The translations under genes and the position numbers were made by a program. From contig OZ076409.1 of the NCBI GenBank assembly GCA_964187785.1, positions 16,060,001-16,124,000 of the forward strand: a stretch of DNA of 64,000 nt, given 5' to 3'. Source of the stretch: Amphiscolops sp. MND2022 (lineage: Eukaryota). Of this stretch, positions 1-11,427 are shown piece after piece. Under the pieces are notes generated by a model. It did not search any database. It worked only from the letters and a program-made list of their open reading frames with translations, and had not been told where the DNA came from. Position 1 is the stretch's first letter. The number at the start of each line of letters is the position of its first letter.

Positions 1-2450
1 AAATGTGATTTTCAACCGGCGTGATAGGGTTTCCAAACGTGCTGGTTTCGCCGTTCCAAGTAGTCCCAGAGAACATTGAGAAAGCAGCCTGCAACACCGA
101 TTGCCCCCTCTTTCTTCACCAGCTCTTAATGCTGTGCTGAGTCAAACGCTTCCGCAAAGTCGGTGTAAGAAGCAACTACTGTATCAAAATGTTTATACAA
201 GGCTTCATGTATGTCTTTCACATTTTTCAGCATGTTTGTTTGAACTGATATTCCACGGACGAATCCGTGCTGGTTTCTGGAGAGAAAGAGAGATGAAGAT
301 AGAGAGGATCATGCATTTTTCGGAAGTTTTGCTATCAATATGCAAAAGCGATACTGGTCTGTAGTTCTTTACCAATTGTTTGTCTCCTATCTTGTAGATA
401 GGTACGATAGTAGCATCTTCCCAAGATCTAGGAAGTGTTCGTAGTCTCTCAACATCCTTGAATAGTTTGGTCAGAGTAGTACAGGAGTACAGTAGTACAG
501 CTCATTTCAACAGCAGTTTTTTGAAAAGTACTTGTGGAAATGGTTAGGGCCTCTTGGCTTGGTGATGTCTAGGTCCGTTGAACTACTTCGAACCTTGAAA
601 CGTCAAAGTTTGTCAACGGATCTTCCGTTTCAAATTCTTGTAGTGTTTGAGCTAATATTGGGGAGTAGACTTAGACGTCAACGTTTGTCGACGGATCTTC
701 CGTTTCAAATGTCTTGGAGTATGTAAGCTCTTTTTGGGGGAGTAGACCGAGTGAAAGAACTCGTTGAAGAAGCCAGCTGTTTCGTTTTCCAAACGACTGG
801 CCTCATCTTTGTACATTACTATAGGAATGGTTAGTTTTGTTGAGATAGTTCAAGTGCTTGAATTTTTTTCCGGTATTGCGTGAGCCGAGTTCTTCTGGGT
901 AAAACAAAAGATCAATCTCATAGTTGGTTAATACCACGTTTTCCAGTTTCGATACGGTATTCCTTCGGAATGCAGTAGGTCTTTTCAGAAACAATTTCTT
1001 CTGGGTGTTCAGTCTGTTAATGATGTTCGATGTACTTGGAGTTATCCAAGGGGGCATTTCTTGTCGATGTCTCGTTCTCAGGGAACACACTCCTGTATCA
1101 AAGTTTCAGTGTTTTGACACAACTCAGGATACATTTTGTCAATGTTTGTATAACAAACTGGACTGAAGGGACGTGTGGTCATGATGTCAAATCATTTTTT
1201 GAAAGTCAGCCTTCCCGTAACTTCCACACGGGAGCTCACCCTACGGGTGTAAAGATTTCTCTTTGTGCTATTAGCTTAGAATAATAACTTTTTTTGCATT
1301 TTGTTTTCATGACACACACTCTTAGTTTAAATACTTTGTTTTTATATATTTTTCAGAACTGATGATGACATTAATTGTCGAAAACGTTTTTCACCACTGA
1401 TTGTTTTCTATTGTAATTCGATACTTCTGAAAAATGGGTTTGTTGGTCGTGCGAACATTTGAGTCTCATTTTCGTTTCTGGATGATTTCTGATGTTGTAG
1501 ACATTCGTGGAAACTTCGTCCTTTTGAACCAAGATGTTGCATTTTCTGTGGAAGACCAAGACGATGTTGTCTGCTCATGTGGGAAAGTCAACTACTTGCC
1601 GAAGCATGTGGCGATCAAAGAAATCAATGACGTTTTGTTCGTAGTCGTCGGAGCTGCATAACTTTAGGCATTTACCAATTTTTTTATTCTTTCCAAAGGC
1701 TTCGACTATTCAATGACATCAGTCAGGCAGTTTTTTTCATCAATCAGTAGGACTTTCTTTCCATTGGTAAATAGTTCAATGTTTTTTCCAGTTGGTCAGG
1801 CAGTACATGGCTGTTGTTCAGCTCCTTCCCCTTCATCAAACACAAATTTTCTTTCTTTGCATCTCTTGACAGGCATCTGAAAAATGTTCTCCCCATTAAG
1901 TTCAGTTCGTTTCTCATAGTTTTTTGCTAGCACCAAGTGTGCTTCGTGTTCCGCGTTGAAGGTAACAATGACAGTCCTGGACCACTTTCTGTCTGTCAAA
2001 CATTCCAAGTCTTCTCAATTATTTGACCTTTATGTCAACGTCAGTTTTGATAAGTATTTCGTTGATTTTTTTTTCGGTGGTTGGAACAAGGTATTCTTGT
2101 TTCTCTTTATCGAGATCTCAGGTTTCCGTGAATTCTCAGACTTGATGAGATGTTGTGGTTCAGGGTTTGTTTCTGGTCTGGCTCCGGCAAGGGTCTCTTC
2201 ATGGAAACTGTTTCAACGTTTATTGCTGCTATGTCGCTATAGCTGTTTTGGATTACTTTACAGGAGACTTTCAAGACTTCCACTTTTTCCATCAGGGAAG
2301 TTAGTTTCACCTCTAGCCCCATTTTGAGGGCTTGAACTTGTTCGTTCGGTTTTGTGTATTGTCCAACTTGTAATGATGTTATCTCGTTCATTGTCAATAC
2401 AGATGTTGCATATTAACATGCAACTGAGCCTGAGTTCTTTTATTCGATTT
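1..2450 (-). mobile_element. Decayed CR1/L2-type non-LTR retrotransposon (ORF1-like, endonuclease and RT remnants)
   Basis: Manual minus-strand translation of ~100-600 gives RT motifs PRSWEDATIVPIYKIGDKQLVKNYRPVSLL, QHGFVRG and TDFAEAFD. The linker PPWIT lies in ORF 803-1090. An endonuclease-like LRQVVDFPT*ADNIVLVF lies at ~1545-1610. ORF1-like RTVIVTF and coiled-coil pieces lie at 1796-2397. Many stops and frameshifts; ends approximate. Confidence 0.8.
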
Positions 2451-2744
2451 ATGGGTGTGCCTTTGGGTATTTTCCAGCACTGTAACTTTCATAACATTTC
2501 AACAATAGTGCAGATTTTTAAAAAAATGCTTTTTGTGAACTTTGAGCGGGGTGCGGAATTGGACCGTTCCCGGTTTGTTTTTTTACTAGTAATGGTTACC
2601 GGCAATACTACTCACGAGACATTTTCTGTTATAATCGAAAGTGTTAGTTTTTTGGTCATTTGTGGTGAATTTGCTTATCCATTTGACGTGATACGAATCC
2701 TAAATCACCACAATCATTAGAAATTACGCATGCATTCTTTTCAG

Positions 2745-2884
2745 ACGAAGGCTACGTGGAAGACTCTTTGCGCCAGTCGTTTCTGCAACTGGACAGTGAA
2801 ATGATGACATCAGAGGAACTGATGCACGACTTAGCAGGTACCACTGCTATCATTGTGCTGTCCAGGTCTAACAGATTGTACTGT
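2745..2884 (+). CDS. PP2C/PPM-family Ser/Thr phosphatase, internal exon A (earlier exons lie outside the window)
   Basis: Acceptor ttcttttcag| and donor |gtaagt; encodes EDSLRQSFLQLDSEM...AGTTAIIVL...LYC. Confidence 0.9.
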
Positions 2885-2965
2885 GTAAGTCTTGCTCTGT
2901 TGTTGTACTTCTTGAAACAATTCCGTCTGTTAATTTTATTTAGCGGAAAAGTTGCATATTTGAAT

Positions 2966-3325
2966 CAGAGTTCTGTCACCGCTAATTAGTGAATTAGCGT
3001 CCGTGCAGAATTTCTTGAGCAATTTTATTAGCGATTCATATTAGTGACAGCTAATAAACCGTCCAAATTGTTTCCTCGGAGCATACACAGTTACAAAATT
3101 AATTTCAAAAAATTGCAGCGCTCACATTTATAAAACCCACACTGTATAGAAAATTCTAGTCTCTTCTCTTGCATAAACTGAATTAAGTTATTTTAAAACA
3201 TACTGGAACCTAAGCATTTAATATTTTGCAGAAATATGTTTTGAGCGGAATAGCGATTTTGAAATTAGCCGTTTAGCGGTTTTGAAATAAGTGAATAGCG
3301 AAAAAATAGCGATGTCAAAACCCTG
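2966..3325. mobile_element. hAT-type MITE (~360 bp) in a PP2C intron
   Basis: Imperfect TIRs: cagagttctgtcaccgcta versus right-end reverse complement cagggttttgacatcgcta (15/19). 8-bp flanks atttgaat / atttaaaa (6/8). Many subterminal tagcg motifs. Confidence 0.6.
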
Positions 3326-3620
3326 ATTTAAAATGGAGTAGTTTCCTGCTTCGGATTCTTTCTAGCTTTTTAAAAGTCATATTGGGCGGTGCTCGGCAGT
3401 TTTTGCAGTGCATCATTTGATTGTTTCCAAGATAGCGAAAATGTTACAATTTAGTTTGGAGCCATTAGTTTATCTATTTAGGATATGTTCGACAGAAACG
3501 GCATTTGTGGCTCTTTCGTTCGAGGTCGACTTGTGTTTTGAAATTTGAATCTCTGATGGGAAAGATCTTTTGATCTACTGAGTTTTCAATCTGTTGATAG
3601 AATAGATTGGTGTTTCACAG

Positions 3621-3846
3621 GCCAACGTGGGTGATTCCAGAGCAGTGATCTCGCATGGCGGACATGCAGTGGCCTTGTCCAGGGACCACAAGCCCAATGT
3701 ACCAGAGGAGCAGAGAAGGATCATGGCAGGTGGGGGTTGGGTGGAATTCAACCGGGTTAACGGAAACCTCGCCTTGTCTCGTGCTCTGGGAGACTTCAAT
3801 TTCAAGCGCAACAAGGCCCGCAAACCTGAAGATCAAATTGTTACAG
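3621..3846 (+). CDS. PP2C phosphatase exon B
   Basis: tttcacag| acceptor and |gttggt donor; ANVGDSRA, LSRDHKP, RVNGNLALSRALGDF. Phase matches both neighbouring exons. Confidence 0.95.
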
Positions 3847-4984
3847 GTTGGTTGATGTATAAATTGAACACCTTGAAATGCATCTGATCAAATGTTGCTG
3901 TGTTTTTATTGTAGTTCCTATTATTATAGGAACTGTATTATAGGATTCTGTAGAAACTGAAGAAGTTTCATTCGAAACAAGTTTCCAAAATTTAAAGGTG
4001 AATGTTTCGAGTATGAATACATTTTCAACTTCCAGACAAACGTTTCTTCCTCCCTGTAAAGTATCTTTTCGGTGAAAATTGACAGCTGAAATTTCAGAAT
4101 GAGATACATTGCTCGATCAAAACTTGCAGTGATTTACTTGCTTCTTGTTTCACTTATTATATCTTCTGAGTGGAAAGTTATTTAATTCGTGCTTTAAACT
4201 AGTTCAGTTCTACGTAACCGTAGCAACAGTGGTTTCAAGGAAGTACCAAACTGTAATAAATGAATTGGACCTGTGATTGTAAAAACTTATTTGGACTCGA
4301 TTTAAGGATGCCAAAATCTTTCGAACGAAAGTATTTTTGAAAACAGTAAAATTAAAAGTTTAATAAATTTTAATGTTGAAATTCTCCGATCAATATACAA
4401 AAACTTACAAACAATGCATTTTACTACTGATTTCGTTTCTAGCTTATTTCAGTTCAAATTTAGAAAGCCTCGAGACTTGAAAAAGAAAACGTTTTTAATC
4501 TTTCAGACGCTTTTTCAACAAAAGTATCCGCTGAAATGATTTTTATTCCAGAACTTTGAAAAGAAATCTTCTTGAACAGGACATTTCAGAGAACATAAAA
4601 TTCAGTGTTGAGAAACCCATATATGACTATAAGTTTTCTTTGAACATTCTGTAAACAAAACATTATCGTCATTAGTGGATGGATTAGTTTCTGTCAATCA
4701 CAGACCCAGTTTTGCCATTTTGTATTAGACGTGTAATTTTGCAAAAACTTGCTCCGAGATTAGGATTTAGTAGTAAATACAAGTTGTTGAAATGGATATT
4801 ATAAAGCTCCAAAATTGTTTGCAGAACTGATTCTGAAGTGTTTTCACAAATATTTATCAAGCATTTTTATTACCTCCAGAACTCGGGTTTCGAGCTAATT
4901 CAACTTCAGTCCAGATCATTTTTTACAATCAGTGGTCCCATTCATTTATTACAGTATGGTAGATTCGTTACTTGTTTGCTACAG

Positions 4985-5130
4985 CGTTTCCTGAAGTGTC
5001 TGTGTACAATATGTCAAACGAAGTAGAGTTTATGGTGCTAGCCTGTGACGGCATCTGGGATGTTCTCACTAACTCTGAAGTGGTCGAGTTCTGCAGAAAG
5101 AGAATTGCCAAGCAAATGGAACCCATACAG
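4985..5130 (+). CDS. PP2C phosphatase exon C
   Basis: ctacag| acceptor; phase-1 join gives VTAFPEV; FMVLACDGIWDV motif; |gttagt donor. Confidence 0.95.
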
Positions 5131-5439
5131 GTTAGTTTTAAAAACCTATATCCCGGGCCGTCCAAATCAATGAACCAGGTCGTAAGAAGCGTCAAATTCA
5201 ACCCATGAATCGCGAAGTATTGTGACATACATCGGTGGTTTCGTTATTTGAAAAAAACTTGAACGAAAATTGGCTTTTGGATTTGTGTTTACACCATCAA
5301 CAATGGCATATATTGAATCAACTTCTCCAAATTTATGGAAATTACTGAAAAAAGCTACGATGAATAGAGTATGAAAATTGTGTTTTTTTGTGTGTGTCAG
5401 ACGAGTATTTTGCTTGAAACTTTTTTCTAGCCATGTTTT

Positions 5440-6590
5440 CATTTTATTATTTATGCGATCGCAGGAATATTAAAATCTCAAGAATTCAACTTTTTTCAGT
5501 ACAATTTTTGACGTGATATCGAGTACCTACTGAAAAATTCCGATAATTTGTTCAGCAGTAAGTATAAGCGTGAGAATTGAATTTCTCAAGCTGCCGATAA
5601 CAGGTCGTTTCTCGTGCGATGGAACGAGCTAGTGGTAATTATGCTTTCGTACGCCGAGTTATCGAGATGAAGCAAACGAGTGTTAGTTATTCGTTCACCG
5701 AAGCTTCGCCTGCATTCAAATGCGAATGCGAAACTCCGTCTACGCTTATGAGTTATATTTTCTTTATTCCGAGAATTGAAGGCGGTGTAAACTGGTAGTG
5801 ATTACACTTGCGATAAGCAAGTGTTATGGGAAAATGCTGGTGCTTTTTTTCCTGGCGACAACTCTTTGCAGCCCGCAAGTCGCATAGTTCAGGCGTTCGT
5901 GGTCTAGTGGTAAGATGCTTGCTTTTCAACCCAGAGGGTTCGTGTTTGAACCCGTGCGTATGCGCTAATTTTTTTACAAGTATTCCGAAGCAGAAGGTTC
6001 TCACTTTTTTCGGCACTGAGACTTTTCGAAAAAATTTTTAAGACTCCAAATTTTTAAAGACCCTTCATTTTTTTGAAATTTTGTAACAGAATGGATGTTA
6101 AAAAATCTCATAGGGCCCCCTTTCACAGTTCTCGGCATTGTGAGGATTTTCAAAAGGAATAATTTTTGTCCTAAAATGAGGTTTTCTCAGGCCCAGCACG
6201 CTATATCCGATATTTTTTTAAAGACAGGTGTTTTTCTATGCGACTTTTTTAAAAGTTTGTTTTCACCGAAGCCTCTCCTCATTTTTTTCCAGAAACGAAA
6301 CGTTTTGCGAGCGGTAAGGACTCCTCAAGGTTTTCGGCACTATGAGACTTACCGGAGACCATCAAAAAAAATTCCATCGAAATTTTTTTTCTCAATTTTC
6401 TGTTTTTTTTGAGGGTTTCTCTTGAGAAAGATGGTTTTTTTGCTGTTTTCAGTTGGGGAAGAATGGTTTTCGAGACTCGGGTATTTTTGGCGCTGTAAAA
6501 TTGATCAAATTTTGATGTCCTTTTACCTTTGATTCTCCGTATGATATTGCTTATTTGGTTTTCAAAAGCACTGCTTCGCCTTTGTGTTAA
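5440..6590 (+). mobile_element. Non-autonomous interspersed repeat with an internal tRNA-like module
   Basis: Shares the 5' motif ttttattattt(a/c)tgcgat(c/a)gcaggaatatt, the tRNA-like core and the 3' gcttcgcct(t/c)tgtgt end with copies at ~19120-20425, 26270-27572 and 30666-31968. Confidence 0.75.
5893..5965 (+). pseudogene. tRNA-derived (Glu-TTC-like) module inside the repeat
   Basis: A-box tggtctagtgg; B-box gtttgaaccc (ggttcgaaccc in the other copies); partial acceptor stem gcgttcg/cgtatgc; anticodon stem broken. Confidence 0.6.
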
Positions 6591-7189
6591 TTGTGCTACT
6601 ACTACAAAAAGACTGAATTGATTCTAGTCAACACAATAGAAATACTTGATGATATTTACATGTACAGGCTACTTTTTTTAACAACAGCTACATTTCAGGA
6701 ACATTTTACAGCCGCTGTCTTCATTTTACAGCAGCTCACCTTTGTTGGTGAATAGTTCAACCTTTTTTAAGCCTTAGAATCTTCTTTGAATTCCTCTAAG
6801 AGATACTCTTTAAGTTTCTTTCTCTGATGGGTAGGTTGTCCATTTCTACTAGATTTGTTGGAAGATGAGGACCTGTCATCAATGACTTCGATCGCTGTCC
6901 AGGGTTGAAGAAACTCATCTTTTCATTATTAGATTCTATTTGTATATCCACATGAGGCAAGGGACTTAAACTATGTGTGTAACTTTCCCGCGTTCCATAG
7001 ATGGAAATTAATCAGAACAAATCTATCGTTTTTCATGTTCGAAAAGATTTTGAAATTTGTCCAGGACAGCTTGTGCAATAATGCTGAAAAATGTTAAACC
7101 TTTCTTAGAAGCCAAGAGGAAACGAAGCTGTTTACAGGTAGTTACCATTGTTTAGATTGAGTGAATATGTAATCAAACTCTGAAGTTTC

Positions 7190-7470
7190 TGTACAGTATT
7201 TGCTAAAAATTTCGAGTATAAACAGTAGAAGATTCCAGATATATGCCCGAGGTAACAATAATTGAGAAGTCAGTACTTATTCCAGGAAAGTGAAAGCATA
7301 ACAGTAACCTGGACCTTAATCCATTTCCTTTTCATAAAACCAGATGCATCGTGTAAAATGGCATGTATGTGAAGAATTTTTGAAAAAGATGGAAAACGAT
7401 CAAGAGGTGAATCAATACCGGTAATGCCACCAAAAGATGTCTGTACATCTAATTGTAACATATATTCATC
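7190..7470 (-). pseudogene. Frameshifted intronless orphan gene remnant (HAILHDA...GPGYCY...LGHISG)
   Basis: ORF 7270-7461, plus continuation in shifted frames reading GPGYCY and CYLGHISGIFYCLY. Confidence 0.4.
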
Positions 7471-8225
7471 TTTGAATTAAGTGATTTACAAGCAGCTAAA
7501 AAATAAATTTTTGGTTTCGTGTTATTTCTGAAACGGTAGTCACACGATATTTCTTCTCGATGGCGCGTTCAATGTCCATTTCGTAAATCAAAGACTATGA
7601 AGGAAAACTATTGATTTTTATGGGAAGTAGATATTCCGCAAGTGATTTCAGCTTCATAAAAGCATTCATAAAATCAATTAAACAACCGACTTGATAGATG
7701 GAACTTTACTTTTACAATGAAACAAAGAATTCCGAAAAGAGGATCATATTGTATTGAATTTTTTCTGTTCCCATTGAAAATTTCAACTTATTGAAAAAGA
7801 CCACTAGAAAAATTCGGTACTGAATGAATTCCTAGGGGAAATAATTTTACACTCTTCTCTGAGGGAGACTCGGTTACCTTTCTAATGAGAATAATGTTTC
7901 TGTTCACAATCAATGTGAAACCTGACTTTTTTTAGAACTGTGTATTTACTCGGAAAAAATATAATGAAGGATGGAAACAAAAAATTACAATTTTTAGATG
8001 TTTGGTGATTTAGTACCACGAACAAAACTTTACATGAAGAGGGAAGAAAATGAAATAGACATAGGAAGTTTTTTATTCATCCCTGACGAAAGATTCCATG
8101 AGCTCCACTTTGGAATAAAGAAACTTCACAACCTCTCCAACTTTCATTTTGATACAGCCTTTCCTCAAACCATCGGATGTGTTGAGTCGGGCTGTATAAC
8201 TTCAACTATATATAGGAGCGATCGA

Positions 8226-10115
8226 CTAGGGTCGGAACCGTACGGTCTTTATTCAAAATCTACGGTCTACGGGTTTCTTCTTGCGGTCTACGGTCCTAGG
8301 CTACGGTCCTGAGTAAAAAAAACATTTGGAGAAACAAATTTCAAATTACAAATTATTCAAAATTCAATTCCTCTATCAAAATCAAACAAGTTTGCAACAG
8401 CAGTTTTTTCGGCGAATATAGGCAATGTGGTGTAGACTCGTGAAGCATTGTAACGAATGAAAAGTACCTCGGACACAACATCTGGAGAAAGTCGTGCCCG
8501 CACCGCTGTATGAATAAGTTTATGGCGTGAAAAAACCCGCTCCACTGCTGCTTCAGAAGTAGGAATTTTTCTCAAAAATTGATCGGCAAAGATTTTTAGG
8601 CTAATTGGGCTGGTCGACTCTATTTTCATAATCACCTCCAAGTATTTTTTCTCAAAGGCCTCGGCAATGCTTGGGCTCAAGTGTCTCACCCATTCAATTG
8701 CTTGTCCAATGGTTTCTTCGGAAAACAGATCAATTTCACCATCAAGAACACCAAGAAGTATCTTAGGGTAGTTTTCGACCCATGGAAGATAATCACTAAT
8801 AACAGTGCTGAGGCCTTCATAGCCAAGCTGAAAAGCTTTCGACGCAACAGAAAGTAGCTCGGAATGCAGTCTTGCCCTATTGTAATTGTCCGATTGAGCA
8901 TTGTTGAGCAACGAAATCACAGACTGCATAACAGATATAGCATTTTTTAAAATACATAGTTCACGCGTAGAATCTTCACACATCTCCCCAGCTGGTAGTC
9001 CCTCGAGTTTCCCCGACAATTCCTGCATACGGTCAAATTTGCTATTCCAGCGAGTTTCCACGAAGCGACCGATTGTTCCCTTTTCAATGTACTTAAGCAA
9101 AACTTCATCTGCCTTTTTGAGAATCGGGACAGACGCCGTTGATTTTTGACCAATCAAATTTAAAATATGTGCTCCGCATCTCAACTGCAATTCGCTTATC
9201 TTCGCAGACTCGCTTGATTGCAGCTTGACACGATCTTGCGTTATCGGCAATTATTGCAACTGGTTCGATATTGTTTTCGCGGAGCTCACTGATTACATTT
9301 GAAATCTGCTCACAAAGACGTTCAGCAGACTGTCCGCTTTTAACAAAGCTTTTCCAATAGATGGGGGCACGTCGACTAAAAATCTCGAAAATAATAAATG
9401 TCTGGTGCGCATCTTTCGTAACACTGTTTTTCCACCCATCGAAGGCAATTACAACCCGTGCATTTTCCAGTGACTCCAAAATTTTCTTCATCGCCTCTTC
9501 GTGCATTTTTTAAATTTCGTTTTTCAAGGTTTTTGCTGAACACTCAATTCTAGTTGCCCATTTTACCGCGTCGTCTTCGTAAAAATTGAAAGGCAAAGGA
9601 TGGGCACTGACGCAGAACGATAGTGCTAACTTCTGATTCTTGGACATTTTCTCACATTTTTTGTCTGACTTGAAAGATTTGGCAACACTAGGAACTGATT
9701 CCGCTTGATTTCTTCTCAAATTAAACTGCCTGATTTCCTCTGGATAGGTGGTCGCATAGTGTTCCTTGATTGTAGTATAACCAGTCTTTTGGGGATGAAA
9801 TTTGAAAATTTTAGGGCAATTCTTCCAATGGACAACACCTTGTGCAGGACAGTAATCATATAAAGTTGCATAATCACTGCTAATGCCAGACATTATAAAT
9901 CTGTAATAGATAAAAAACGGATGTTAAGAAATACAGAATCAAAAATAAAAAAATTAACGTTAAGCTTGAATTAGAACTGAACTTACATGTAAAGTGGCCT
10001 TTTCTGTGAAATATGGGCTTGCCTTTTCTCAGAAATGCGTTTTACGGTCTCAACGTACGGTCTATGGTCCCAAGGCACGGTCTACGGTCCTGCGGTCCCT
10101 AATCGCCGACCCTAG
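8226..10115 (-). mobile_element. Full-length hAT DNA transposon (1890 bp)
   Basis: Perfect 10-bp TIRs ctagggtcgg (8226-8235) / ccgaccctag (10106-10115). Perfect 8-bp TSD gcgatcga (8218-8225, 10116-10123). Clustered acggtc subterminal motifs at both ends. Confidence 0.93.
8357..9893 (-). pseudogene. hAT transposase with one nonsense codon (9510-9512) and one frameshift (~9185)
   Basis: Degenerate BED-like N-terminus, AFDGW, IADNA, RCGAHILNL (CxxH), ETRWNS and IPTSEAAVERVFS dimerisation motif. Candidate upstream intron 9901-9986 (gtaagt...ttacag on the minus strand). Confidence 0.9.
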
Positions 10116-11247
10116 GCGATCGAAGTTTTCTTTGTCATAAACTGTCATTGAAGCACAAATCCTGTGTGTACCTTTTTCACTGAGTTCCCAAAACTTAAAC
10201 TTGACACAATTGTTGGAATCTTCGATTGGATAGTTTACATAATGACTTTCATTGGCGTGTGTCGTTATCATCATATTGTTAGGATATTCAGCACACATTG
10301 TTTGGGCTTCTTGCAACACTTCATCGAGCGACGATAGGACCCTCCTGATTTCCCAGGTGTAGAGAATCAGAAGCTGGTGTAACTTCATTCGTCCGACATC
10401 TTCGAAAGTTTAAGATGAACCCAATTACTGTTTGAATGTTTCCATGATTCAGTCGCAGCGATGGATGTTCTCGCTGGTACACAAAGTCCCAGCGTTTGAT
10501 TGAAGATTGTGCATATGCAAGAAAGCCAATTTGTTGATAGCTATCCAGTATAGATATCCCAAATTTTGATGTGCCAGCAGTTGTGATACTGCGAGTGAAC
10601 CGAAGTCTAATGTCTCTTCTGGTCCAACATTTGCAGAACTTTAAAACAAGTCGGTAGAGAAATTGGGAGATTGATCAGGAGTTGGACATATTTGAGTTTG
10701 TTCCATTTTTTTATTAAGTCGTGGATAATCGACTGATTTGTCAGAAATAGTTTTGCGTTTCATTACGAGGAAAGTATCAGACTCAATTCAATAAATTCAA
10801 AAATAGAATGAGAAAAGAGTTTTCCTCCTTTTATACCCCCCGTTTCAGCTCACTCTAAACTACCTACGAGTTCTACAATAGAAATACTGTGATTCTTATG
10901 CATTCTATCCATGCGTTGATTCTATTGAAGAGACACCCTAGAATATCTCTGCAAGTTACAATAGATGTTTTCTTTCCTTGAACAATATGTTCATTGACTG
11001 TGCTCTATATTTAAAGGCTATGGGTTACAGCCGCAACGAAAAAAAGTTTTCACGAAAAAAATAAAGAATTGCCCTCATAGAAAAATGTGCATTACAGACA
11101 ATATCTGCATAATAAGCATACTTGAAGATAAGTCGAAACTTAGACTCAATTCCAGAACAAATTTCAAGCCGATATGAAGAGCTTTAATTTAATGACATTC
11201 AAATAAATGAAAATTTATTATGATAAATTTGCCTGCCTCCTTTGTAG

Positions 11248-11427
11248 ATTTGTGAGGAGCTGATGGACCAGTGTCTTGCCCCTGACTGTCACATGGGGGG
11301 CCTTGGGTGCGACAACATGACTGTGCAGCTGGTGTGTTTCCTCAACGACCAACCCTATTCCAACCTAGCCACCAAGTGCGCGGCCCTGCCCTCCAAAAAC
11401 TCTCCCATCGAACCACACTTCTCTTGA
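11248..11427 (+). CDS. PP2C phosphatase terminal exon (Ptc2/Ptc3- or PPM1A/B-like); missed by the ORF track
   Basis: tttgtag| acceptor; [31 protein letters not shown]...PHFS then TGA at 11425-11427; contains the GCDNMT motif. Confidence 0.93.
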   Translation: MCEELMDQCLAPDCHMGGLGCDNMTVQLVCFLNDQPYSNLATKCAALPSKNSPIEPHFS

